Shown: positions 19,609 to 28,047 of the stretch, one piece after another | Position numbering within the stretch: the stretch's first letter is position 1 | Layout of the letters: each line of letters opens with the position of its first letter | Origin: Actinomycetota bacterium | GTDB taxonomy: Bacteria; Actinomycetota; Thermoleophilia; RBG-16-64-13 | Direction: 5' to 3' | Assembly: GCA_012514635.1 (NCBI GenBank) | Contig: JAAYZX010000004.1 | Coordinates: 42,704-106,703 of the forward strand | DNA length: 64,000 nucleotides | Position numbers and translations under genes: made by a program | Notes under the pieces: model-generated | Told to the model about the DNA's origin: nothing | Databases searched by the model: none | Seen by the model: the letters and a program-made list of their open reading frames with translations, nothing else

Positions 19609-20499
19609 GTGGTCCTTCGGCGTGGACGGCATCGACCTGCGGGTGAGGTGACCCGTGGTGTTACGGCGCCCAATCGACTGCGTCGCGTGGACCGATGGAT
19701 TACGGCCACCCATGGTTGGCAGTTGGGCGTGGCTGGGCAGGCGCCTTTAGTGGTGGACCTGGGTTTTGGCGTGTCGCCCGTCACCACGGTGGAGTTGTAC
19801 GAGCGGTTGCGCAGGATGCGACGGGATGTAAGAGTCGTGGGCCTGGAGATTGATCCAGAACGCGTGGAGGAAGGCAGGCGATTCCTCTCCGAGTGCGCGC
19901 GATACGAGCGCTACCCGGGGCTGACTTTTGGGTTGGGCGGCTTCGAGCTGCCGGTGACCAGGCCGCCGTTGTTGGTGCGGGCTATGAATGTCTTGCGGCA
20001 GTACGAGGAGGGGGAAGCGTGGCGGGCGTGGGACCGGCTCTGTGCCGGCCTTGCACCAAACGGGGTTCTGGTGGAAGGGACGTGCGACGAAATCGGCCGC
20101 CTATGCGTGTGGGTCACTTTGGGTTGTTCCCGCACAGGCGAACCCCCGTTTTGGCGAACTGATGGTGTCGGGCAGGCTGAACCCCGTACCATCACATTTG
20201 CGGCGCATTTGCCTGGGTTGAGCCGTCCGTCGGTACTGGCCGAGCGGCTACCCAAGACGCTCATTCATCGTAACGTTCCCGGAGAACCGATCCATCGCTT
20301 TTTTCGTGATTTCGACCGGTCCTGGGCCATAACGACACAGCGGTCGGTGTTCGGTCCACGCCAGCATTGGATTGCCGCAGTAGAACATCTCTCCGGGATC
20401 TGGCCGGTGGTGAGGCGGCCGCCTGCAGGCGGCCGCCCTCGTTGGCGATTAGGAGAAGTCACTCTACCGTGGGAGGCGATTGCCCCGTGCCCACGGTAG
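19609..20499 (+). CDS. Putative class I SAM-dependent methyltransferase-like protein
   Basis: Motif-I-like VVDLGFGVSPVTTVELY, then VVGLEIDPERV and NGVLVEGTCD. Its start abuts the stop of the upstream glycosylase gene. Family assignment is weak. Confidence 0.5.
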   Translation: MVLRRGRHRPAGEVTRGVTAPNRLRRVDRWITATHGWQLGVAGQAPLVVDLGFGVSPVTTVELYERLRRMRRDVRVVGLEIDPERVEEGRRFLSECARYERYPGLTFGLGGFELPVTRPPLLVRAMNVLRQYEEGEAWRAWDRLCAGLAPNGVLVEGTCDEIGRLCVWVTLGCSRTGEPPFWRTDGVGQAEPRTITFAAHLPGLSRPSVLAERLPKTLIHRNVPGEPIHRFFRDFDRSWAITTQRSVFGPRQHWIAAVEHLSGIWPVVRRPPAGGRPRWRLGEVTLPWEAIAPCPR

Positions 20500-20545
20500 T
20501 TGGAAGGCCGCGCAAAAGGATCCGCGGGTGTCGGCTCAGATTACC

Positions 20546-20980
20546 CTATTTCTTGGTCGGTGGCGGGACGATGGTGAGAGGGCAGGGAGCACGATCGGCT
20601 ACGTACCTACTCACCGAACCCAGCAGCAGGCCGGCCAGGCCACCAAGCCCGCGTTTGCCCAAGACAAGTAGTTCGGCACCCTTTCCTTCCTTGACGAGTA
20701 TGTCTCCTGCGTAGCCCTGCACGACCGCACCTTCAGCGGCAATATCCGGCCTCAATTCCTGCGCCCGTTTCACTGCGTCGGCCACTATAGCGTCGGCCTG
20801 ATTGGGATAACCATCTGCTATCTGGGGAACGACGGTGCCGGGTGGCGCCGGTATGACCGGTAGTTCCCAGGCGGAGATCACCCGCAGTGTGGCGTTACGT
20901 AGTGCCGCTTCCTGCACCGCGTACTCGAGTGCTGCTGTGGCGGCCTCCGAACCGTCCACTCCAACGACTACCCGACCCAT
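20546..20980 (-). CDS. Universal stress protein (UspA family)
   Basis: MGRVVVGVDGSEAATAALEYAV.. and the C-terminal ATP-binding motif LVLGKRGLGGLAGLLLGSVS. Confidence 0.85.
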   Translation of the reverse strand: MGRVVVGVDGSEAATAALEYAVQEAALRNATLRVISAWELPVIPAPPGTVVPQIADGYPNQADAIVADAVKRAQELRPDIAAEGAVVQGYAGDILVKEGKGAELLVLGKRGLGGLAGLLLGSVSRYVADRAPCPLTIVPPPTKK

Positions 20981-21109
20981 AGCGCTCCCTCCTGCTCGCC
21001 CCAGTTCTTGCTCCGTTCCCAGTGGGCCGCGACACTACCAGCACTTAGTCTACTATGGGTTGGTCATGGATTGCGCTTTGCCGGTGGCGTCGAGCTCGGC
21101 GACCCTAAG

Positions 21110-21367
21110 TCAGTCGACTATCTTGTAGACCAAGTCCTTGCGTCTCACGGGAGAGGGAACCTTAATGCCCACTTCCTGCCCCGGGACCGCTTCCTCTATC
21201 TGTGCGCGATCCAGCTGTATGGAGTCGACTGCCATCTCCAGTTCGCCGCCTTGACCTTCGATTCTGATCGTGTCACCCACGCGCAGGCTTCCGGCGGTGA
21301 TGTCGATTGCCGCTACGCCGATGCGGTCGAAATAGCGGGTAATGACCCCGATCTCCTGTTCGGCCAT
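21110..21367 (-). CDS. Small EF-Tu-domain-2-like beta-barrel protein (translation elongation factor-like)
   Basis: AGGAGG upstream of ATG 21367. MAEQEIGVITRYFDRIGVAAIDITAGSLRVGDTIRIEGQGGELEMAVDSIQLDRAQIEEAVPGQEVGIKV resembles the GTP_EFTU_D2 barrel. The track ORF extends to 21421. Confidence 0.55.
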   Translation of the reverse strand: MAEQEIGVITRYFDRIGVAAIDITAGSLRVGDTIRIEGQGGELEMAVDSIQLDRAQIEEAVPGQEVGIKVPSPVRRKDLVYKIVD

Positions 21368-21496
21368 GGTGCTTGTTCCTCCTTTGGTGAGCGGGTTGGG
21401 CTCTGCCTCAGATGGTACCACCCTCCGCAGCGGCCGGAGTCCTGGGTCGCGACCGAGCGGAGATTACTACTTCATATAGGCTATCCTATTGACAGC

Positions 21497-22276
21497 ATGA
21501 AAGATATGGAGTCGTTGAGATCATCGCTGCGCGTGAATTACGGGGGCCATGCTACGGTCCTGGTGGACATGGGTGGTTTTCGTATTCTGACAGACCCCAT
21601 TCTACGGAATAGAATCGGTCCCCTGCGCAGACGGGGTGAGACTCCCGGTGCCCATCTGGGCGTAGATCTAGACCTCATAGTAATCTCGCACGTTCATATG
21701 GACCACTTCGATCCGCACTCGTTGCGCATGCTGGACCAGACAACTCCCATTCTGGTTCCCAAGGGAGCTGCAGACGCTACGCGTAACCTTGGTTTCACGC
21801 GGGTCTACGAGATGCGTGCGGGCGATACGGCTTGTTTCGGCTCGGTGGAGGTGCAGGGCGTCCATGCTGCACATACCGGAGTCAGGACACCATACGGGTT
21901 GGTTGCCGATTGTCTCGGGTACGTGTTTCGTGGCTCTCATGAGGTGTACTTCGCCGGAGACACAGGGTTGTTCCCGGAAATGGCGAATCTTGCGGGGAGG
22001 ATGGATCTGGCGCTGCTCCCGGTATGGGGATGGGGACCTCATCTAGGAGACGAGCATCTCACTCCCTACGATGCCGCCAGTTCACTCCGTCTTCTCCAAC
22101 CGGCGACCGCTGTGCCCATTCACTGGGGCACATTTTATCCCCTGGGCATGGGGTGGACTCGCCCCTCGTTCCTGGTGCATCCGCCGTATGCTTTTGTGCA
22201 TCATGCGGCCAAGCTTGCTCCGGAGGTGGTGGTGGAAGTAGTGGCCCCCGGATCTGCCTTCTCGCTGCAAGGGTGA
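21497..22276 (+). CDS. MBL-fold metallo-hydrolase
   Basis: HxHxDH motif (ISHVHMDHFD), GHATVLVDMGGFRILTDP, and C-terminal LLPVWGWGPHL / IHWGTF. The first 163 codons of the track ORF (21008..) overlap the opposite-strand gene and look spurious. Confidence 0.75.
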   Translation: MKDMESLRSSLRVNYGGHATVLVDMGGFRILTDPILRNRIGPLRRRGETPGAHLGVDLDLIVISHVHMDHFDPHSLRMLDQTTPILVPKGAADATRNLGFTRVYEMRAGDTACFGSVEVQGVHAAHTGVRTPYGLVADCLGYVFRGSHEVYFAGDTGLFPEMANLAGRMDLALLPVWGWGPHLGDEHLTPYDAASSLRLLQPATAVPIHWGTFYPLGMGWTRPSFLVHPPYAFVHHAAKLAPEVVVEVVAPGSAFSLQG

Positions 22277-22303
22277 AGGTGATGTAGATTTGGAGGTCCG
22301 GGC

Positions 22304-25009
22304 GTGAGGCGGCTTCTCGGAGTCACCGTGCGCTTTGCCGTCGCCTGGGGGCTGCAGGCCGTGTCGCTTGTGGTGGTTCACTGGTTGGTTCCCGGTGTGA
22401 GACTCGAGGCGGTAGGTCCGGCCGAGCTCGCTGCTGAGGCGATGTCTGTGGCATTGGTTTTGGCCGCGCTCAACACTTCGGTGCGGCCCGCCCTCCTGTG
22501 GTTGACGCTCCCTGTCAACGTTTTTACCCTAGGGCTCTTTTCGCTGGTGATCAATGCCCTGATGCTGTACATGGTGTCGTGGGTGTTGCCGTTTCTGGTC
22601 ATTGCCAACTTCTGGAGTGCGCTGTTGGGATCTTTGGTGTTGGCCGCCGTCGCTACTTTTTTGGGCACGGTGACCGCCATCGACAGCCAATACTCGTTCT
22701 TTGGGGGAGTGATTGATTGGTTGGCTCTACGTTTGGGATCTTCCCCATCCGTTGACGACACGCGGGGAATCATCGTTCTGGAGATAGACGGTCTGAGCCG
22801 CGGGCGTCTGGAAGATGCACTGGAACGTGGTCTCATGCCCTTCCTACAGACTCTTCTTGGGAGGGGGCACAATCTATCCGGGTACGACTGTGGTCTGCCG
22901 TCGCAAACATCGTCTTCTCAGGCGGGGATCATGTTCGGGAGCAATTGGGACATCCCCGGTTTTCGCTGGTACGACAAGCGTGAAGGGCGGGTGGTTTCCT
23001 CGCGAAATCCTGCGGACGCGTGGGCTATGGAATCTGCGGTATCCCGCGGACGGGGCCTGTTGCGGGGTGGTTCCAGTGTCAACAATAACCTGTCCGGCGA
23101 CGCAATGAAGACGGTGCTGACCGCCAGTCGCGCTCTGGATACTCGTGCCACCGAACAGCAGCGGGGTATGGAAGATTTGTATCTTTTTTTCCTGAATCCC
23201 TACCTCTTTCCGCGGAGTCTGCTGCTGGCCGTAGTCGAGATGGGACGTGAAGTGATCCAAGGCCTGCGACGACGTCTGCGGCGTGAGTGGCCCCGTGCAG
23301 AGAGGATCATAAGCTGGTTTCCGGCCGAGCGTGCGGCCTGCACGGTGCTGCTGCGGGATGTGGGGACATTTGTGGGGATCATTGATGTTATGCGCGGACT
23401 ACCTGCAATCTATATAACATACATGGGCTACGACGAAGTGGCCCACCACACGGGGCCGGATGCGCGTGATGCCATGGTGGTGCTCAGATCTATCGATGCG
23501 CAGATCCGGCGTATCCACGAAGCGATATGGGCGCGTGCGCCTCGTTCGTACGATCTCTTCATTCTCTCGGATCACGGGCAGGCGGGCGGTGCCACCTTCC
23601 GGCAGCGGTATGGTGCCACCTTGGCGGAGGTCATCGATGGTTTCTTGCAAGACTCCGCCATGGCCGTGCAGACGGCCGGTGCGGAAGCGACCCGCAGGCC
23701 GGGAAGAGAGTTGGCGCGTGAGATGAGCAGGCTGGAACGTAGGATGGCCGCCGAGGGAGTACGCACCTCCACGTTGGTTCGGACGCGGAGGGTGCTGGAG
23801 AAACCCCGTGCGGATGCGGAAGAAATGGATGAAACTGGGGCGGAGTCTCGGCTCCCGAGTTCCAAGGCCGACGTGGTGGTATGTGCGACAGGGAACCTGG
23901 CTCATGTGTACTTTACGGGCATGGAAGGGCGGGCGACGGTGGATGGGTTGGAGGAGGCACACCCGGGCTTGGTGCCGGCTTTGATGCGTCACCCTGGTGT
24001 CGGCTGCATAGTGGGAAGGGATGAGGATGGAAAGACCTGGTTGTTTGGGGCCAATGGCGATCGATGCTTAGACGATGAACTCATTCTGGGGGAAGATCCC
24101 TTGGCACCATATGGACCGACGAAGTTGAGGGCGGGACAACTCAAGCGTCTGGCGGCGTTTCCTCACTCCGGGGATCTCATTGTGTTCTCCACCGTGTACG
24201 AGGACGGCACTGTTGCTTCGTTTGAGAACCTGGTTGGATGTCATGGGGGCATGGGAGGAGGTCAGACGGATGCCTTTGTGGTCCATCCGGAGACGGTCCA
24301 GATTCCCCGCATCTCCAACGCGAGCGGACTTCACGCGGTCCTGGACGGGCGGCGGGGCCGGCCGGCCCCGCCGCCCGTGGCGCAGGTGGCGGTTCCCGCC
24401 ACCGGCGCCTTTCGTCCCGCCCGCCTACTCGCCGGTCTCCGTGATGTCCGCCGGTGGGCTGCATTATTACTGCGCGCCTTATTGCTGGACGGTTCGGCCT
24501 ATGCGGAATTGGCGCGCGCTCCGTCAATGAACGGGCCCGCGCTGCTGTTGGGGGTGCTTGTTACCGGCGCCTTTGGATTACGCGACGTTTTAGAACCCGA
24601 TAACACTGAAAATCTTGTCCAGCGTTTGGGTGGCGGATTGCTTCAGGGTGCAGCGGGATGGGCAGTACTTATCCTTCTCGGGTATGCCTCGGCCCGTTTG
24701 CTTAAATCGCATGGAACCCTGGCCGGAACCATGCGCGCGGTGAGTTTTGCTCAGGCTCCGCTTCTCCTGGCTCCTCTGGAAGTCGTGCAGAGTGCGGGGG
24801 CGGCGGTGGCCATCGTGCTCTTGCTGTGGACGTTCATGGCCTGGTGGGTGGCGGTGCGCGGGGTGTTCAGTCTGCGTGGCGCCACGGCTGCGGCGGCTCC
24901 AGTGGTGGCCGCTGCGGTTTTGGTGGTGGGGCTGCTCCTTCTCCGGGCTATGGCCGGTGGGGTGGAGTTAACTTTGAGCCACATTCTCCAGAGGCTTGGA
25001 GTAATTTAA
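22304..25009 (+). CDS. Multi-domain membrane protein: N-terminal DUF360/holin-4-like 4-TM module, central alkaline-phosphatase-superfamily (nucleotide pyrophosphatase/phosphodiesterase-like) domain, C-terminal Yip1-like multi-TM module
   Basis: N-terminus: LNTSVRPALLWLTLPVNVFTLGLFSLVINALMLYMVSWVLP. Centre: IIVLEIDGLS, GLPSQTSSSQAGIMFG (candidate nucleophile region), DEVAHHTGP, LSDHGQ and GCHGGMGG. C-terminus: five hydrophobic helices after DGSAYAELARAPSMNGPALLLGVLV. GGAGGT upstream of GTG 22304. Confidence 0.65.
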   Translation: MRRLLGVTVRFAVAWGLQAVSLVVVHWLVPGVRLEAVGPAELAAEAMSVALVLAALNTSVRPALLWLTLPVNVFTLGLFSLVINALMLYMVSWVLPFLVIANFWSALLGSLVLAAVATFLGTVTAIDSQYSFFGGVIDWLALRLGSSPSVDDTRGIIVLEIDGLSRGRLEDALERGLMPFLQTLLGRGHNLSGYDCGLPSQTSSSQAGIMFGSNWDIPGFRWYDKREGRVVSSRNPADAWAMESAVSRGRGLLRGGSSVNNNLSGDAMKTVLTASRALDTRATEQQRGMEDLYLFFLNPYLFPRSLLLAVVEMGREVIQGLRRRLRREWPRAERIISWFPAERAACTVLLRDVGTFVGIIDVMRGLPAIYITYMGYDEVAHHTGPDARDAMVVLRSIDAQIRRIHEAIWARAPRSYDLFILSDHGQAGGATFRQRYGATLAEVIDGFLQDSAMAVQTAGAEATRRPGRELAREMSRLERRMAAEGVRTSTLVRTRRVLEKPRADAEEMDETGAESRLPSSKADVVVCATGNLAHVYFTGMEGRATVDGLEEAHPGLVPALMRHPGVGCIVGRDEDGKTWLFGANGDRCLDDELILGEDPLAPYGPTKLRAGQLKRLAAFPHSGDLIVFSTVYEDGTVASFENLVGCHGGMGGGQTDAFVVHPETVQIPRISNASGLHAVLDGRRGRPAPPPVAQVAVPATGAFRPARLLAGLRDVRRWAALLLRALLLDGSAYAELARAPSMNGPALLLGVLVTGAFGLRDVLEPDNTENLVQRLGGGLLQGAAGWAVLILLGYASARLLKSHGTLAGTMRAVSFAQAPLLLAPLEVVQSAGAAVAIVLLLWTFMAWWVAVRGVFSLRGATAAAAPVVAAAVLVVGLLLLRAMAGGVELTLSHILQRLGVI

Positions 25010-25011
25010 TC

Positions 25012-25845
25012 TCAGGGTGCACTGCTGCGGGCGCGGCGGATCTTACCGTCCAAGTACTGCTCGAGCAGGCCGGGGGCTATGCGGTTGGCCAGGTAGGCGA
25101 GTTTTGCCTCTCTACCGGGGATGATAAGGAAGCGATTGGTAAAAAGTGCGTCAACAAGGGCTTCGGCTACCGTCTCCGGAGTCATGACGTCGGCCGTGCC
25201 ACTGCTGATAGCATGGGTCTCCTTGGGCTTGAGTTCGTTCTCCATGGCGAGCTGTGGGGTATCGGTGTCAACCGGGCAGAGCACCGAGACACGGATACCG
25301 TTTGGCTTGAGTTCGCTACGTAAGGCCTGAGAGAAACCCACCACGGCAAACTTGGCGGCGCTGTACGCCGTGTAGCCAAAGACTCCGTAAAGGCCGGCGG
25401 CCGATGCCACATTGACTATATGGCCGCCTCGAACCTTCATAACCGGCACAAAGCTGCGGCAAACGTTAAGTACTCCGAAGTAATCCACCTGCATGATCTC
25501 TTCGAATATCTCAAAGGGAATCTCTTCGAAGTATCCGGGGTGAGTTATGCCGGCGGAATTGATGATGATGTCCGGAGTACCGTGAGCCCGTGCAAAAGTG
25601 TGCGCGTAGTCTGCTACGGCTCGACGGTCGGCAACATCCAAAGATGTCGCTTCTACGAACTGTTCATGGTTGGTTTGTGCGGAGCGAATGAGTGCGACTG
25701 CCTCCCCCAAGACGTCGGTGCGGCGGGCGGCAATGGCGACGTTGGCACCTCCCGAGGCGAGCAAACAGGCGGCGGCGAGACCGATGCCGCTGGAGCCCCC
25801 GGTGACTATAGCTGTGCTCCCTTCCAGCTTACGCTTGCGTGCCAT
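25012..25845 (-). CDS. SDR-family oxidoreductase
   Basis: TGGSSGIGLAAA cofactor motif, NSAG, and catalytic YSAAKFAV (YxxxK). Confidence 0.85.
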   Translation of the reverse strand: MARKRKLEGSTAIVTGGSSGIGLAAACLLASGGANVAIAARRTDVLGEAVALIRSAQTNHEQFVEATSLDVADRRAVADYAHTFARAHGTPDIIINSAGITHPGYFEEIPFEIFEEIMQVDYFGVLNVCRSFVPVMKVRGGHIVNVASAAGLYGVFGYTAYSAAKFAVVGFSQALRSELKPNGIRVSVLCPVDTDTPQLAMENELKPKETHAISSGTADVMTPETVAEALVDALFTNRFLIIPGREAKLAYLANRIAPGLLEQYLDGKIRRARSSAP

Positions 25846-25897
25846 GCCTCTCTCCTGCTATCTGTTCGTCAAGATGATATAGATCAGGATACGGCCT

Positions 25898-26520
25898 CTA
25901 GATGCTTTCTGCGTGAAAGCGATAGATGGGGTGGGGTGCGAGTGGGGGAGGGATAACATCGTCCAGCATCTCTCCAATGATCTGACCGGGGGTGGGTATA
26001 CTCACGAATGATGGTGCGGCGGGACGGGCTTCGTTCAGCGATTCACGCAGGGCGAGGGCTAAGTTGGATCTGGTGGAGACGTGTCGCGACAGCCCTGCTG
26101 CGGTCAAGGCTCGACAGTAGTCGCCGGCATGGCCGGGGGTGACCCGTACGTGATGAGAGGGCATCCCCGTACCAGCGCCTCCAAGCAGGTTATGCCGCCG
26201 GTGGAGTGTACAATGACGTCGGCTGCGGCCATGAGTTCGTTCATATGGGTGGTGTAGCCGAGGATGCGAACACGCGGCTGGTCACCAAACGCCCGGTACA
26301 GGTTGTGGTGCGGCGCGGGCTGCATGGACCTCCAACGGCGCATAGAAAGCGGGATCCACTATAGGTCTGGCTTCGCGGCACTCCGCATCTGGAGCAAGTT
26401 GGCGCACATCTGCGATGATGTTGCGGTGCATCTGCCTGAAGATAGCTGTGGGTCGGTGTTGGCCCCATCGCAGAGACGGTCTTAGGCGAACCGGACATCG
26501 TACTCTTCTGAGATAAGATT
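25898..26520 (-). pseudogene. Frameshifted, N-terminally truncated glycosyltransferase (MGDG-synthase / GT28-like C-terminal domain)
   Basis: Three reverse frames carry consecutive pieces. They are ..[12 protein letters not shown].. (about 26330-26480), ..[46 protein letters not shown].. (26104-26343), and ..[17 protein letters not shown].. to the stop (25898-26164). At least two frameshifts, and no room for the N-terminal domain. Confidence 0.5.
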
Positions 26521-26804
26521 ACGGTTTGACCACAGTCGTAGTTTTTTTGTAGACTGGCGCGTGGCAAACCTGCCCGCGGAGTTCTCCGGTCCGGAGATTC
26601 TCTTTATTGTGCGCCCAAGGTGAACTCGCGAGGCTGATTTTCGGTTATAGGCGCATGAAGGGCCGTGGGTTTTTCAGCGAAACGGGTCACTCTACTCTTG
26701 GAAGGAGGAGCGGAAAGCACTGCGAGAGACGATCATGCATAAATGCGTGAATCTCATTCGTCCCTGTTGATCTGTCCAACTATCTGAGAAAGGGTCTGGT
26801 CTGT

Positions 26805-27761
26805 ATGACTCCTCCCGTCCAACTCAACTGCTATCTCCCGGGCGAAGTGGCCGGGGCGGCGTGCAATGCCAGCAAGGCCAAATCCACCCTGTCGTTCGGC
26901 AAGCTGGTGGTCTTGGGCATGCTCGCCGGTGCGTACATCGGTTTCGGTGCGTACTTCGCCACCACAGTAGGAAGTGACGCCGCCAAGTTCCTCGGAAACG
27001 GCGTAGGACAGCTGCTGTTTGGTGCCGTGTTTACCGTCGGCCTCATCACAGTGGTCATCGCCGGTGCTGAGCTGTTCACAGGCAACAACATGTTCATGGT
27101 GGTAGGTGCGCTACAAGGAGAGATCAGCTGGCGCAGCCTGATCTGGAACTGGGTTGTGGTCTGGGTATTCAACTTTGTGGGTGCTCTCATCTTGGTGCTC
27201 ATCGTCTACGGGGCGTTCTACAGTGATGGAGCTCTTGGTCTGTTCAATGGCTCCGTGGGAGCCAAAGCGTTGGCAATCGCAAAGGGTAAGTTGGAACTCG
27301 CTTGGTGGCCGGCATTTTTCCGCGCCATCCTGTGTAACTGGCTCGTCTGCCTGGCCGTGTGGTTGGCTCTGGCCTCCAAAGATGTTATTGGAAAGATCTT
27401 CGGTATCTTCTTCCCGATCATGGCGTTCGTCGCCATGGGCTTCGAGCACAGCGTTGCCAACATGTTCTTCATCCCCATGGGCCTGCTCGTGTCCAACACC
27501 CCGGGCATCGTGGATGTGGCGGCCAACGCCGTGCTGACCCCCGATCAGATTGCTATGTTGGCGGCCGGCCAGCCTCTGCCGGAAGCGGCTCAGGCGGCTC
27601 TCGATGGCTTCAAGAACGCCGTCAGCACCAACATGAACTGGGGTACGCTCTTCACCAAGAACCTCATTCCCGTCACCATCGGCAATATCGTAGGCGGCGG
27701 GATCTTCGTCGGATCGTCCTACTGGTTCTCGTACCTGCGGAAGCCCAAGGGTAACGCTTAG
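26805..27761 (+). CDS. Formate/nitrite transporter (FNT) family channel
   Basis: Family motifs GAELFTGNN, CNWLVCLAVWLA, FEHSVANMF, and N-terminal LGMLAGAYIGFGAYF. Confidence 0.9.
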   Translation: MTPPVQLNCYLPGEVAGAACNASKAKSTLSFGKLVVLGMLAGAYIGFGAYFATTVGSDAAKFLGNGVGQLLFGAVFTVGLITVVIAGAELFTGNNMFMVVGALQGEISWRSLIWNWVVVWVFNFVGALILVLIVYGAFYSDGALGLFNGSVGAKALAIAKGKLELAWWPAFFRAILCNWLVCLAVWLALASKDVIGKIFGIFFPIMAFVAMGFEHSVANMFFIPMGLLVSNTPGIVDVAANAVLTPDQIAMLAAGQPLPEAAQAALDGFKNAVSTNMNWGTLFTKNLIPVTIGNIVGGGIFVGSSYWFSYLRKPKGNA

Positions 27762-27797
27762 ACCAAGTAGTATTCCCCGTTTTTCGCAGCAGCTGTG

Positions 27798-27831
27798 GGC
27801 CGGCGCGCCGGTAGGCGCGCCGGCCTCTTTG
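27798..27831 (+). terminator. Intrinsic terminator after the FNT gene
   Basis: GGCCGGCGCGCC (27798-27809) pairs perfectly with GGCGCGCCGGCC (27814-27825) around the loop GGTA. It is followed by TCTTTG. Confidence 0.7.
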
Positions 27832-28047
27832 TAGATTCGAACCATTCCTTTCTGTGTCTGCCGCGCCCTAGCCGCATCGCGGTATGTGGTATGTATAGGT
27901 TTTGCGTGGCGTTGTTGCGTGTGAGATTGGCGTTCCATAAAAAGCCGTAGAACATCATTGGGACACCTACCTCAGCGACGGATTTTCCGGGGGGTTGTGG
28001 ACCCCTGTGATAGACTCTGCGGATCATAAGCACAGTGAGGAGACGCC

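Noticed and set aside
18555-19787. 410-codon minus-strand ORF, and similar long ORFs at 14118..15311 (-), 48203..49318 (-), 7109..8047 (-), 62003..62896 (-), 11639..12334 (-), 4399..5052 (-) and 35193..35858 (-).
   Set aside because: All lie antisense to genes with unambiguous family motifs (AlkA, P-type ATPase, LeuA/AcnA, LeuC and others). Their translations are Arg/Pro/Gly/His-rich low-complexity strings, typical of shadow ORFs in GC-rich DNA.
21008-21496. N-terminal 163 codons of the 422-codon track ORF preceding the MBL hydrolase.
   Set aside because: It overlaps the well-supported minus-strand EF-Tu-D2-like gene and its promoter. MBL homology only begins after ATG 21497.
26600-26804. 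ZTP (pfl-motif) or another known riboswitch in front of the FNT gene.
   Set aside because: I could not find the GGGUCGUGAC..CCGCCUGGGCA consensus or any other class signature by eye. The leader is reported only as an unexplained long UTR.
27834-27843. GGTTCGAATC (reverse strand), a T-psi-C-loop-like string suggesting a tRNA.
   Set aside because: The flanking bases cannot form the T-stem (AATGG versus CTACA), and no acceptor or anticodon arms are present.
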